Shown: positions 50,185 through 59,954, counted from the first letter of the stretch. The stretch is 64,000 nt of DNA from an uncultured virus (IMG/VR IMGVR_UViG_3300042314_001187) (IMGVR_UViG_3300042314_001187:62001-126000), one strand, 5' to 3'. Numbers and translations are program-made. Notes: generated by a model from the letters alone, not told the origin.

Positions 50185-50887
50185 ACATATTTGTGTATTT
50201 ATATGTTACAATAATTTTGAACATATAGTTGAGTGTTTTGAATCGGTAAAAAATTTACCTTTGGACTTTTTTATCGTTGAGAATTTCTCAGAAAACTCAG
50301 ATAAGATTGAATCGTATTTTAAAAAACAAAACCTTATAGGGCACATTCGTTTTGAAAAAAATATCACCAACAACTCAGTTGATATTATTAAAAAAGATTA
50401 TGAGAATTTGTTTGAAACCTACGAATATATAACATTTTCTGATTGTGATTTACTTGTTACAAATTCTAAACTATTATTAGATGAAATTTATTTAATTTTG
50501 GATTATGAAGATGTTGGTGTTTGTGCGTCCTCATTATGTTTGGATAACTTACCGAATGTTCCAGGTTCTAATGGTTGGATTCCAGCACCAATATCAATAC
50601 ACGAAGATTATATAAACACAAACACCGGTGTTCATTTTATAACAATTAAGCAAAAAAATTATAAAATAATAAAAAACATAAAATTTTTAGATTCATTAAT
50701 GTGTTCAGAAATGAGAAGTAAAGATTTAAAATGGGTTGCAACAAAAAAAAATAACGTTAAACACTTAACTTGGGATTTATATCAGGTTGATAATGAGTAT
50801 CATAACTTTAAATTAAATCGGGCTCATAATTTGTGGACACATAATGAAGTGTCAGAATATATTGTTTTAACATATAAAAATAAATAA
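50177..50887 (+). CDS. GT-A (GT2-like) glycosyltransferase; start revised to GTG at 50177
   Basis: ICYNN, VENFS, YITFSDCD (DxD), HLTW. Confidence 0.6.
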   Translation: MNKHICVFICYNNFEHIVECFESVKNLPLDFFIVENFSENSDKIESYFKKQNLIGHIRFEKNITNNSVDIIKKDYENLFETYEYITFSDCDLLVTNSKLLLDEIYLILDYEDVGVCASSLCLDNLPNVPGSNGWIPAPISIHEDYINTNTGVHFITIKQKNYKIIKNIKFLDSLMCSEMRSKDLKWVATKKNNVKHLTWDLYQVDNEYHNFKLNRAHNLWTHNEVSEYIVLTYKNK

Positions 50888-50893
50888 AATATA

Positions 50894-50932
50894 ATGAATA
50901 CTGAATTTTTTATCGAAAACGGATTTGTTTAA
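50894..50932 (+). repeat. Duplicated 5' end of the dioxygenase gene (12-codon minigene MNTEFFIENGFV)
   Basis: First 33 bp identical to 52118..52150. Confidence 0.9.
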
Positions 50933-50943
50933 ATTTAAAATAT

Positions 50944-52068
50944 ATGAAAATGAGTAAAAATTATAGAGGATTAATTGTTGATATTTTATTCCCAAACAGA
51001 TATTCTATATGGAGGAACGTAGAAATAAAAAATTTTATTCAAGAATATGATGTTGACATTTTAGTTAGTAAAGTAAACAGTTACGCGGGTATTACCTTCG
51101 ATTTTGATTGGGAATTTATTAACTCAGATGGCTTATTGCAAGATTATAATATTCTTATTTTTGATAATAAATATAACTTTATAAATATGTGGAACTCAAA
51201 TCTGGATGGTACTCAGTATAATACAAATAATGGTTTTTCATATTTGATAACGAAAAAAAATGTTTTTGATTTGAGTTCTTATGATTTTATTTATCATATA
51301 TTTTTGATGTGTTATGACCGTTTTAATCAAGTGTTTAATTATGATATAAATAAACAATTTATTCATTTATATCCAGGTGGGGGATTTTTTGGTGACGTTA
51401 CTCGATTACCTAATGACGTTAATTTAATTTCAACACATCCAGTAACAACTAAAAAAATAGAATTAAATAACCATACTAATTTTATTAATGCTTGGACTGC
51501 CCCATTAATGGGTAAAAATGAAAAATTTGTCAAATCTAAAAATAGGGATAACCGAGACTTCACTGTTTGTTTTTCAAGTATGGGTCCGGCGAATGAAAAG
51601 GGTTTAACTGAGTACCATTTATTATCTTCAGAATATTCATCATTATATCCTAATGATAATGTTAGATTTATCACTATAGGTAATAACAACTCAACTTATG
51701 GTCCAATGGATTATATTTCTCTGCTTGATTTTTATGAGAAAAATGTTGATATTTATATTAATTTATCAACAAAAGAAGCATTTAATGGGTGGCCATTAGG
51801 TTTAGATTCGGTAATTAGAGGGTGTGTGTTAATAACTACTGACCCTGATAATATAAAAAACGAATATAAACCATTAACTGATGATGAATTTTACATAGTA
51901 AATGATTATAAAGATTCAATACCTATTATAAAATTATTATTTGAAGATGTTGAAATCTTAAACAAGAAATCAAATCAATGTCAAGATTATTTTAAAGACT
52001 ATTTTGATTACGATAATAATCAAGAAAAAATTTTTAATTTCATAAACAATAAAATGTTACACCGGTAA
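50944..52068 (+). CDS. GT-B-like glycosyltransferase
   Basis: LYPGGGF, EKG, DIYINLS....NGWPLG......G..LITTD. Confidence 0.6.
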   Translation: MKMSKNYRGLIVDILFPNRYSIWRNVEIKNFIQEYDVDILVSKVNSYAGITFDFDWEFINSDGLLQDYNILIFDNKYNFINMWNSNLDGTQYNTNNGFSYLITKKNVFDLSSYDFIYHIFLMCYDRFNQVFNYDINKQFIHLYPGGGFFGDVTRLPNDVNLISTHPVTTKKIELNNHTNFINAWTAPLMGKNEKFVKSKNRDNRDFTVCFSSMGPANEKGLTEYHLLSSEYSSLYPNDNVRFITIGNNNSTYGPMDYISLLDFYEKNVDIYINLSTKEAFNGWPLGLDSVIRGCVLITTDPDNIKNEYKPLTDDEFYIVNDYKDSIPIIKLLFEDVEILNKKSNQCQDYFKDYFDYDNNQEKIFNFINNKMLHR

Positions 52069-52087
52069 TGTTGTTTTAATATAAAGG

Positions 52088-52116
52088 AATAAATAAATAA
52101 ATAAATAAATAAATAA
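52088..52116 (+). repeat. (AAAT)n microsatellite, about 7 units, in the translation initiation region
   Basis: aataaataaataaataaataaataaataa directly before ATG 52118. Confidence 0.85.
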
Positions 52117-52117
52117 A

Positions 52118-52984
52118 ATGAATACTGAATTTTTTATCGAAAACGGATTTTTTAAATTAAAAAATATTTCAAAAGAATTATGCGAAGAGTCTTTAAGTAT
52201 TATTAAAAATAATAGGATTTTCGGACCTAATTTATTTTTAGATGAGTCTGAGTTTAATAACCAAACAGTTAGATGGGGGACAAATCCAAAACCTGGTAGG
52301 AATTTAACTGAGAAATTAAATATTGACTTAATTATTGATGAAATAAAAGATGAAATAACTGAAGTTTTAGGTGACGGTTTTGAAATGATGTTTCCTAAAG
52401 TTATTTGTGGTGTACCTGAATCGTGGTTACCTGAATATGTTAAAGAAGAAATACATATGAATGCAATCCCTAATTTAGGTGCTTTTATAAAACCTGAATA
52501 TAGAGATATAACCTATTTTCACGGTATTGATTACCATCAAGACATTATAGATTATAAAGATAGAGTTACTGATTTTATCACACTTTATGTTTATTTAGAT
52601 GATGTTAGTGAAAATGACGCACCATTATACATTTTACCTAAAACCCATATCCAAGGATGTCACACATTTCCACACGATTTAACATCGGAAGATAATAAAA
52701 GTTACATATATAATGGGACTCAAATAACTGAAGAATTGGTTTTAACAGGTGATGTAGGTACGTGTTATTTTTGGCATTCGTGTTTATTACATGGGACACA
52801 ACCAACTAAAAATAGTAAAGAAAGAATATCGTTACGTTTTTTAATTTCTAGAAAAAGGAGTTTGATTGATTTATGTAATGACAAAATAAATGGTGACTTA
52901 AAATTAACCGTAACTAGAATTGATGTTGATGAAAATCATGTTCCAATAATTAAGGGTAATATACTAAGAAATAAAACTAATTAA
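52118..52984 (+). CDS. PhyH-family Fe(II)/2-oxoglutarate dioxygenase
   Basis: F.ENG, YHQD, TLYVYLDDV, L.ILPKTH, G....WHS.LLHG......R.SL. Confidence 0.85.
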   Translation: MNTEFFIENGFFKLKNISKELCEESLSIIKNNRIFGPNLFLDESEFNNQTVRWGTNPKPGRNLTEKLNIDLIIDEIKDEITEVLGDGFEMMFPKVICGVPESWLPEYVKEEIHMNAIPNLGAFIKPEYRDITYFHGIDYHQDIIDYKDRVTDFITLYVYLDDVSENDAPLYILPKTHIQGCHTFPHDLTSEDNKSYIYNGTQITEELVLTGDVGTCYFWHSCLLHGTQPTKNSKERISLRFLISRKRSLIDLCNDKINGDLKLTVTRIDVDENHVPIIKGNILRNKTN

Positions 52985-52986
52985 TT

Positions 52987-53547
52987 ATGTTTATTAAAGA
53001 TGTGGAATCAATTGGGTTTAAGAACGTTGGTAAAAATGTTCTAATCTCAGACAAATCAACTATTTATAATGCTAAAAATATTGAAATTGGCGATAACGTT
53101 AGGATTGATGATTTTTGTGTTATTAGTGCAGGTGAAGGTGGTATTAAATTAGGAAACAACATCCATATTGCGGTGTTTTGTTCGATAATTGGTAATGGGG
53201 GTGTCATTATGAATGATTTTTCAGGTCTATCATCCAGAGTTTCGATTTATAGTTCGACCGACGATTATAGTGGTAATTATTTGACAAACCCAACTATAGA
53301 TAAAAAATTTACTAATGTGATATCAGGTGATGTGTATATTGGTAAACATGTAATTATTGGGTCAGGTACAATAGTATTACCTAATGTTAAAATAAATGAT
53401 TATAGTTCTGTGGGTGCTTTATCTTTAATTAATAAAGATGTTGATGAATTAAAAATTGTTGCTGGTGTTCCCGCAAAAGAAATTAAAAATAGAAATAAAA
53501 ACCTGATAAAATTAGAAAATGATTTTTTAAATTATATTAAAAAATAA
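52987..53547 (+). CDS. vioB: VioB-like hexapeptide-repeat amino-sugar N-acyltransferase
   Basis: GFK.VG.NV.ISDK, IG.NVRIDDFCV.SAGEGGI, IHIAV, SSRVSIYSS..YSGNY..NP, IGKHVIIG, GALS, G.PAK; matches my recollection of VioB. Confidence 0.7.
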   Translation: MFIKDVESIGFKNVGKNVLISDKSTIYNAKNIEIGDNVRIDDFCVISAGEGGIKLGNNIHIAVFCSIIGNGGVIMNDFSGLSSRVSIYSSTDDYSGNYLTNPTIDKKFTNVISGDVYIGKHVIIGSGTIVLPNVKINDYSSVGALSLINKDVDELKIVAGVPAKEIKNRNKNLIKLENDFLNYIKK

Positions 53548-53551
53548 AAAT

Positions 53552-54256
53552 ATGAAATTAGCTATCAACATACCAACCTATTATAGAAGTGATGGAAAAT
53601 CAATATCATTTTTAAAAACAGCGTTAGATTCGGTGTTTAATCAAACACACCAAGATTTTAAAATATATTTAATTGGTGATAAATATGAAAATGAACCTGA
53701 ACTTATTGATTTGGTTTCAACTTACGATTCAGATAGATTATTTTTTAAAAACTTACCATATGCAAAAGAAAGAGATAAATACATTGATAATAAATGGGCA
53801 TTATGGTCATATGGGGGTATAAACGCAACTAATATTGGGGTTGAGGCAGCATTAAACGATGGTTATGAATACATTTGTCATTTAGACCACGATGATTGGT
53901 GGTTATCAAATCATTTATTTGAGATTAATAAATGTATTGAAGAAACAAATGCTGATTGGATTTGTACTAAATCAACGTATGAACATTCGTATTTACCAAA
54001 CATTGAAAGTTCTGAACTATATCACGAATTTCTCCCCAAAAATGCGGGATTAATACATTCTTCAGTTTGTATGAATTTTAAAACAATACCTCTTAGATAT
54101 CGTGATTTATTTGAATTAAATAACTTTGTTGGGTTACCAGCTGATGCGGATTTATGGGAAAGATGTCGAATGGTGATACAATCGTCAAATTTAAAGAGTA
54201 TCTTTATTAATAAATTAACATGTCGACATGATGAAGAGGGGTATCATAAACCTTAA
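53552..54256 (+). CDS. GT2 glycosyltransferase
   Basis: IPTY, ALDSVFNQT..DF, ICHLDHDD.W...HL, HSS, D.DLW.R. Confidence 0.85.
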   Translation: MKLAINIPTYYRSDGKSISFLKTALDSVFNQTHQDFKIYLIGDKYENEPELIDLVSTYDSDRLFFKNLPYAKERDKYIDNKWALWSYGGINATNIGVEAALNDGYEYICHLDHDDWWLSNHLFEINKCIEETNADWICTKSTYEHSYLPNIESSELYHEFLPKNAGLIHSSVCMNFKTIPLRYRDLFELNNFVGLPADADLWERCRMVIQSSNLKSIFINKLTCRHDEEGYHKP

Positions 54257-54274
54257 ATAAAAATAAAAATAAAA

Positions 54275-54934
54275 ATGATGAATAAAACATTAAACGAACT
54301 TGAGTTTCAAATTACTGAAGAATCAATAAATAATTTAAACGAGATTATCTCAACAATGGACGGTAAAACATTCCATAACCATTATCATATTTTATATGAC
54401 ATCTGTAATTCAATTGAACATGATGATGTAACATACTTTGAAATTGGTGCGTATGGTGGTGGTTCGGCATCATTAATGTCAAGTAACCCTAAAGTTAAAA
54501 AGTCATATAGTTTAGATATTGGTGTTCCAATTAATAAACAAATACCAATAAATAATGTTAATAGATTTAAACATAATGATTGTGTGTATGAATATATTGA
54601 AGGTGACTCGACCAATAATGAAATTGTTAAATTAGTGAGTGAAAAGGTAAATAATGTCGATATTTTATTTATTGATGGTGACCATAGTAGAAATGCGGTA
54701 ATTAATGATTTTAATAATTATGAAAAAATTGTTAAAAAAAATGGTTACATTGTTTTTGATGATTATATGGATGAAGTGTATAGTCCAGAAGTTTTTGGTG
54801 CGGTTAATGACATTGTTAGAGGATTAAATCCCGATGAATATAAGATAATAGGTAGTATTCAATATGATTTAATACAAAAAACAAATTGTCCTTATTTAAA
54901 AAGTAGTAATGAATTTATAATTCAAAAAATATAA
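54275..54934 (+). CDS. Class I SAM methyltransferase (Methyltransf_24-like), tandem copy 1
   Basis: YFEIGAYGGGS, GDS, DILFIDGDH, GYIVFDDY. Confidence 0.85.
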   Translation: MMNKTLNELEFQITEESINNLNEIISTMDGKTFHNHYHILYDICNSIEHDDVTYFEIGAYGGGSASLMSSNPKVKKSYSLDIGVPINKQIPINNVNRFKHNDCVYEYIEGDSTNNEIVKLVSEKVNNVDILFIDGDHSRNAVINDFNNYEKIVKKNGYIVFDDYMDEVYSPEVFGAVNDIVRGLNPDEYKIIGSIQYDLIQKTNCPYLKSSNEFIIQKI

Positions 54935-54950
54935 TAACCCTTAAATAAAA

Positions 54951-55610
54951 ATGATGAATAAAACATTAAACGAACTTGAGTTTCAAATTACTGAAGAATC
55001 AATAAATATATTAAATAATATTGTTAATAATATTGGAGCTCACCAACTACATAATCATAACCATATATTATATGACATCTGTAATTCAATTGAACATGAT
55101 GATGTAACATACTTTGAAATTGGTTCATATGCAGGTGCTTCGGCGTCATTAATGTCAAGTAACCCTAAAGTTAAAAAGTCGTATAGTTTAGATAACGGAG
55201 ACTCAATCAATAAAGAAGTCCCAATAAATAATGTTAATAGATTTAAACATAATGATTGTGTTTATGAACATATTGAAGGGGATTCGGCAAATGATGAAAT
55301 TGTTAAATTAGTTAATGAGAAGGTAAATAATGTTGATATCTTATATATTGACGGAGACCATAGTGAGAGTTACGTTATTAATGATTTTAATAATTATGAA
55401 AAAATTGTTAAAAAAAATGGTTATATTGTTTTTGATGATTATATGGATAATGTGTATTGTCCTCAAGTCTTCGGGGCGGTTAATGATATTGTTAGAAATT
55501 TAAATCCAAATGAATATAAAATAATAGGTAGTATTCAATATGATTTAATACAAAAAACAAATTGTCCTTATTTAAAAAGTAGTAATTTATTTATAATTAA
55601 AAAAATATGA
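54951..55610 (+). CDS. Class I SAM methyltransferase (Methyltransf_24-like), tandem copy 2
   Basis: YFEIGSYAGAS, DILYIDGDH, GYIVFDDY; same length as copy 1, with long identical stretches. Confidence 0.85.
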   Translation: MMNKTLNELEFQITEESINILNNIVNNIGAHQLHNHNHILYDICNSIEHDDVTYFEIGSYAGASASLMSSNPKVKKSYSLDNGDSINKEVPINNVNRFKHNDCVYEHIEGDSANDEIVKLVNEKVNNVDILYIDGDHSESYVINDFNNYEKIVKKNGYIVFDDYMDNVYCPQVFGAVNDIVRNLNPNEYKIIGSIQYDLIQKTNCPYLKSSNLFIIKKI

Positions 55611-57121
55611 TAACTGTTATATATTCAACTCACAAAGACTCTGAGTATAATAAAAAATTTAAAAAACATATTTTAGAATCTATCGGTGTTAAAAATCCTC
55701 AGATTTTAGAAGTCGAAAATCGAAATGAATATTCATTGTCGACAGTTTATAATTTAGGGTTAGAAATCTCGGAAAATAATATTATCGTTTGTTGTCATAA
55801 TGACATTAAACTTGAGAAAAATTGGGGAAAAAGATTATTAGAGGATTTCAATAGTAATCCCGATTATGGGATTATTGGTAAGGCGGGTAGTTGTTATTTT
55901 CCTGAGTCAGGTGTTTATTGGGAAAGGATGAATCAAACAATGGTCGGTCAAGTTTATCATCACCCTGATGGGTCTAAAAAATGGTTAAGTAAATACTCTC
56001 CAAAATTACCATTTTTAATTCCAGTAGTAACTATTGATGGTTTATTTATATCGTTTGATAAAACAAAAATTAAACATCAATTCGATGAATCAATTGGTAG
56101 ATTTCATTTCTACGACCATTTATTTTGTTTACCAAATTATTTGTCAGGTGTTAAAATTGGTGTCACATCGTCCTTTGAAATAACACATCAATCAGTCGGT
56201 CAACCAAATCAAGAATTTTTTCAATCAAAAGAATTATTCCTTAAAAAATATGGTAAAAACCTACCCTTAGAATTAAAACCTGAAACTATTTTCGTACCAA
56301 CAATTAATGAAAAACCATTAAAAAATATTGGTAAAATGGCGGTTATTATACCAACAAAAGGTAAAGTTGATATGTTACTTAATTGTGTTAATTCTTTTTA
56401 TCAGTATTGTAATTCTGACTTATTTGATATCTACATTGCTGACACAGGGTCAACTAACGAAGAAAAAGATTGGATTAGAAATAATATTTTAAATATGGGT
56501 AACATCAAATTACTTGAGTTTGATTATTATAATTTTGCCAAAATTAATAATGAAGTGGTTAAAAATCATATTGGTGATGAATATGAGTTTTTATTGTTTT
56601 GTAACAACGATATCAAATTATTAAATAATGTTGTTTATGGTATGTTAAAAACGTTTAAAGAAAAACTTAAAACCGGTACAATTGGTTGTCGATTACATTT
56701 TGAGGATAATACAGTACAACACGACGGTGTAAGAATATTTTTCAATCAAAAAAATAATAGCTTAGGTTTAACACATTATGGGTTAGGTAATTATTTTAAT
56801 TACACAATTAGTAATAAAAACGGTATCGGGTCAACAGGTGCATTATTGGGTGTTAGAAGAAAATCATTTATAAATGCCGGAATGTTTAATGAAGATTATA
56901 ATAATTGTTTTGAAGACGTTGAATTAAATTTAAAATTAATAATTTTAGGTTTTGAAAATGTTTTTGACGGTTCTTTAGTTGCATATCATTACGAAAGTCA
57001 GACAAGAAAAGAATTAAGTAATCATAATGAAACTATGGGTAAAGACTTAAATAATACGTTATTACCTTTTATTTATAAAAACAATAAATATTTTAAACAA
57101 TTTATTGACGTTGTACAATAA
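55607..57121 (+). CDS. Two-domain GT-A glycosyltransferase
   Basis: Domain 1 YN.G, CCHND, IDG, FHFYD; domain 2 VIIPT, DTGS, NFAKINN, CNND, TGA, FNE, EDV. Confidence 0.85.
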   Translation: MITVIYSTHKDSEYNKKFKKHILESIGVKNPQILEVENRNEYSLSTVYNLGLEISENNIIVCCHNDIKLEKNWGKRLLEDFNSNPDYGIIGKAGSCYFPESGVYWERMNQTMVGQVYHHPDGSKKWLSKYSPKLPFLIPVVTIDGLFISFDKTKIKHQFDESIGRFHFYDHLFCLPNYLSGVKIGVTSSFEITHQSVGQPNQEFFQSKELFLKKYGKNLPLELKPETIFVPTINEKPLKNIGKMAVIIPTKGKVDMLLNCVNSFYQYCNSDLFDIYIADTGSTNEEKDWIRNNILNMGNIKLLEFDYYNFAKINNEVVKNHIGDEYEFLLFCNNDIKLLNNVVYGMLKTFKEKLKTGTIGCRLHFEDNTVQHDGVRIFFNQKNNSLGLTHYGLGNYFNYTISNKNGIGSTGALLGVRRKSFINAGMFNEDYNNCFEDVELNLKLIILGFENVFDGSLVAYHYESQTRKELSNHNETMGKDLNNTLLPFIYKNNKYFKQFIDVVQ

Positions 57122-57205
57122 TAAATAAGAATCAAAAATTGATGAATTTAAATAGTTATTGTATTTTTAATATATTAACTATTTATTGTTATAAAAAAAA
57201 ATTAT

Positions 57206-57979
57206 ATGGGTAGAGGTAGAAAACCAATTACAACCCCAACATCTGAGGTTGAGAAATTACCAACAAAAGTTTTAGTAGTTGATAAAAAAGAATTTGATAC
57301 TGCTAAACTTTTAGACCACATCAGTGTGAGAGTCCAATGTAAAAACGAGACTCAAAAAAAATTAATCAAAACTATTAAGGAAAAAGAAATTACAATCGTC
57401 TCAGGTTTACCTGGAACGGGTAAGACTTTCTTAGCGTGTGCTGAAGCTCTTAAAATGGTTAAAAATCACGAATTTAAACAAATCATTTTAGTTAAGTCAG
57501 TAACACAATTAAAAGGTGAAGAAACAGGTTTCTTACCCGGTGATATTAAAGAAAAGTTAGAACCATTTATGATTTCATTTATTGATAACTTTGAGAAAAT
57601 TGTTGGTGAAGAAATTACTAATAAGTTAAGGGAATCCGGTATTATAAAAATACAACCATTAGCTTTTATTAGGGGACGTTCAATTGATAATTCAATTATC
57701 ATTGCGGATGAGTGTCAAAATATAACATTAGAAAATATGAAGACATTACTAACTAGAATTGGTGATAATTCTAAAATGGTAATTCTTGGTGATACAAAAC
57801 AAAAAGACATCAGAAATAAAAAAGAATCTTCATTAGAAATTGTCTATAAAATGTTTGAAGACGAGTCTGAGTTTGGTTGTGTTTCATTAAATAATCCTGA
57901 TGAAATTGTAAGAAACAAGATTATAAAAATCATCGAACAAAAATTCGACGATTACGAAGAAAATAAAGGTAAATTATAA
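57206..57979 (+). CDS. phoH: PhoH-family ATPase
   Basis: GLPGTGKT, GFLPGD..EK..P, FIRGRS, DECQN, TRIG..SK....GD..Q.D. Confidence 0.93.
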   Translation: MGRGRKPITTPTSEVEKLPTKVLVVDKKEFDTAKLLDHISVRVQCKNETQKKLIKTIKEKEITIVSGLPGTGKTFLACAEALKMVKNHEFKQIILVKSVTQLKGEETGFLPGDIKEKLEPFMISFIDNFEKIVGEEITNKLRESGIIKIQPLAFIRGRSIDNSIIIADECQNITLENMKTLLTRIGDNSKMVILGDTKQKDIRNKKESSLEIVYKMFEDESEFGCVSLNNPDEIVRNKIIKIIEQKFDDYEENKGKL

Positions 57980-58018
57980 TATTGTTTACAAATTTAATAT
58001 TCTAAATATATTGGTATT

Positions 58019-58636
58019 ATGGAAAAGCCAAAATTTAGAATCGGATTTGATATTAATGGTGTTTTAAGAAATACCATTGGTAAAATAGAACAAACCTATG
58101 AGAAATATTATTTATCAAAAACCGACGGTATTGACGATGATGAAAGTTTCGAATATGAAATGAATTTACCGGTAACTTCGTTAGAGTTAAAAGAACATTT
58201 TAAATTTAAAAACGATGAAGAACTTTATTCTTTTTTGTATGAAGAATTTGCTATGGAAATTTTTGGACATGCACAATCTACTGAATATTCAACATTTAAT
58301 GATTTACACAATTTATATTTAACATATCGGGACAATAATGATTTAGTTATTGTTTCTGATGAAATTGGTAAATCAAAACCGGCAACACTATTTTTCCTAT
58401 CTAAGTTTATTTGTCAGATTGAAAAAATAAAATTCTATAGTAATATAACAATAAATTCAATGTGGGATGAGATAGATGTTTTACTTACGTCTAATCCTAT
58501 ATTATTATTAGATAAACCTTCAGATAAGATTGTGGTTAAGTATGAGACAGAATATAACAAAAATGTTGATTGTGAACATACCGTTAAAACATTAAACGAG
58601 TTTGATGATAAATTAAAACAACTATTAAAATGTTAA
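58019..58636 (+). CDS. HAD-fold 5'(3')-deoxyribonucleotidase-like protein, degenerate motif
   Basis: IGFDINGVLRN (D-x-N in place of DxD), T..FL.K, YN. Confidence 0.55.
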   Translation: MEKPKFRIGFDINGVLRNTIGKIEQTYEKYYLSKTDGIDDDESFEYEMNLPVTSLELKEHFKFKNDEELYSFLYEEFAMEIFGHAQSTEYSTFNDLHNLYLTYRDNNDLVIVSDEIGKSKPATLFFLSKFICQIEKIKFYSNITINSMWDEIDVLLTSNPILLLDKPSDKIVVKYETEYNKNVDCEHTVKTLNEFDDKLKQLLKC

Positions 58637-58890
58637 AAGTATTAAATGAACATTATTATTTAGATGTTGACAGATTGGAAGAATGTGTTAACATTGAAAA
58701 ATCATCGTCAACAGGTGAAACACAAGTTAACTTAGTTAAATATGAAATGTATAAAACTATGGTTGAAATTCTTGTGACAGAAAGTGATGAGGTTGACGAA
58801 ACATTAGGAGCTAAAAGTTCTGAATTATCTATCCCTTTTAAACTCGCGTTTAATACGCTAATAAATAAAAAAATAATAAATAAGTACTAG
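58630..58890 (+). CDS. Hypothetical protein
   Basis: Coupled ORF, 86 aa. Confidence 0.65.
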   Translation: MLKVLNEHYYLDVDRLEECVNIEKSSSTGETQVNLVKYEMYKTMVEILVTESDEVDETLGAKSSELSIPFKLAFNTLINKKIINKY

Positions 58891-58891
58891 T

Positions 58892-59953
58892 ATGAATCAA
58901 GAACAAATTTCAAAGGTCGAACAATCTATTGAAAACTTAAAAAACAAAACATCTAAAATTTATTTTATTGTACAAGACACTAAAGGAAATGCTAAAGCAT
59001 CTGTTGAGTACATATATAATTTTGCTTTAGCATTACAAGAAAATGATTACAACCCCGTTATTTTACACGAAAAATCGGATTATTTAGGTGTATCATCTTG
59101 GTTAGGTAATAAGTATGAATCATTACCTCATCAACCAATTGAAGGTGGTACTTTACAAGTCGCACCTGATGATTTCATTGTGGTTCCTGAATTATTTGGT
59201 TTTGTTATGGAACAAATTAAACAATTACCATGCGGTAAAATTGTATTATCACAAGCGTATGATAATATCTTAGAAACTTTAAAACCAGGTGAGACTTGGG
59301 CTCAATTTGGGTTTTTAAAATGTATTACTACGTCAGAAGAACAAAAAGAATACATTCAACAAATTATGAAAAATGTTTCTTTTGATATTTTAAAACCATT
59401 TATTTCTGATGAATTTAAACCTAATTCATTACCGGCAAAACCAATTGTATCGGTTCATTCTAGAGACCAAAGAGATACTGTTAATTTAATTAAAACATTT
59501 TATGTTAAATATCCACAATATAGATGGATAACATTACGAGATTTAAGAGGTTTATCTAAAGATGAATTTGCTGAGAAATTAAGTGAAGGGTTTGTTTCTG
59601 TTTGGATTGATGAAACAAGTTCATATGGCACATATCCACTAGAATCATTGAAGTCAAATGTTCCTGTAATTGGTTTAGTACCTAATATATTACCATCGTG
59701 GATTAATGAAAATAACGGTATTTGGGTTAACAATAAAACACATTTAGTTGATGTAATTGCTGACCATTTACAAAATTGGTTAGAAGACAACATTAGTGAT
59801 GAATTATTCACTAATATGAATGAAACAGTTAATTCTTTACAATCTAAAGAAGATTTTAATAAACAATCGGTTTCTTTATTTGATGAATATTTTTCTATTA
59901 GATTAAAATCATTTGAAGACCAAATCTCTAAACTACAAACAATAGAAGAATAA
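58892..59953 (+). CDS. GT-B-like glycosyltransferase
   Basis: D.IVVPE, SSYGTYPLESL....PVIG donor-binding-like segment. Confidence 0.65.
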   Translation: MNQEQISKVEQSIENLKNKTSKIYFIVQDTKGNAKASVEYIYNFALALQENDYNPVILHEKSDYLGVSSWLGNKYESLPHQPIEGGTLQVAPDDFIVVPELFGFVMEQIKQLPCGKIVLSQAYDNILETLKPGETWAQFGFLKCITTSEEQKEYIQQIMKNVSFDILKPFISDEFKPNSLPAKPIVSVHSRDQRDTVNLIKTFYVKYPQYRWITLRDLRGLSKDEFAEKLSEGFVSVWIDETSSYGTYPLESLKSNVPVIGLVPNILPSWINENNGIWVNNKTHLVDVIADHLQNWLEDNISDELFTNMNETVNSLQSKEDFNKQSVSLFDEYFSIRLKSFEDQISKLQTIEE

Positions 59954-59954
59954 T

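Noticed and set aside
54275..55610. Diversity-generating retroelement template/variable repeat pair
   Set aside because: Both copies are full genes, differences are not limited to adenines, and no reverse transcriptase is in the window.
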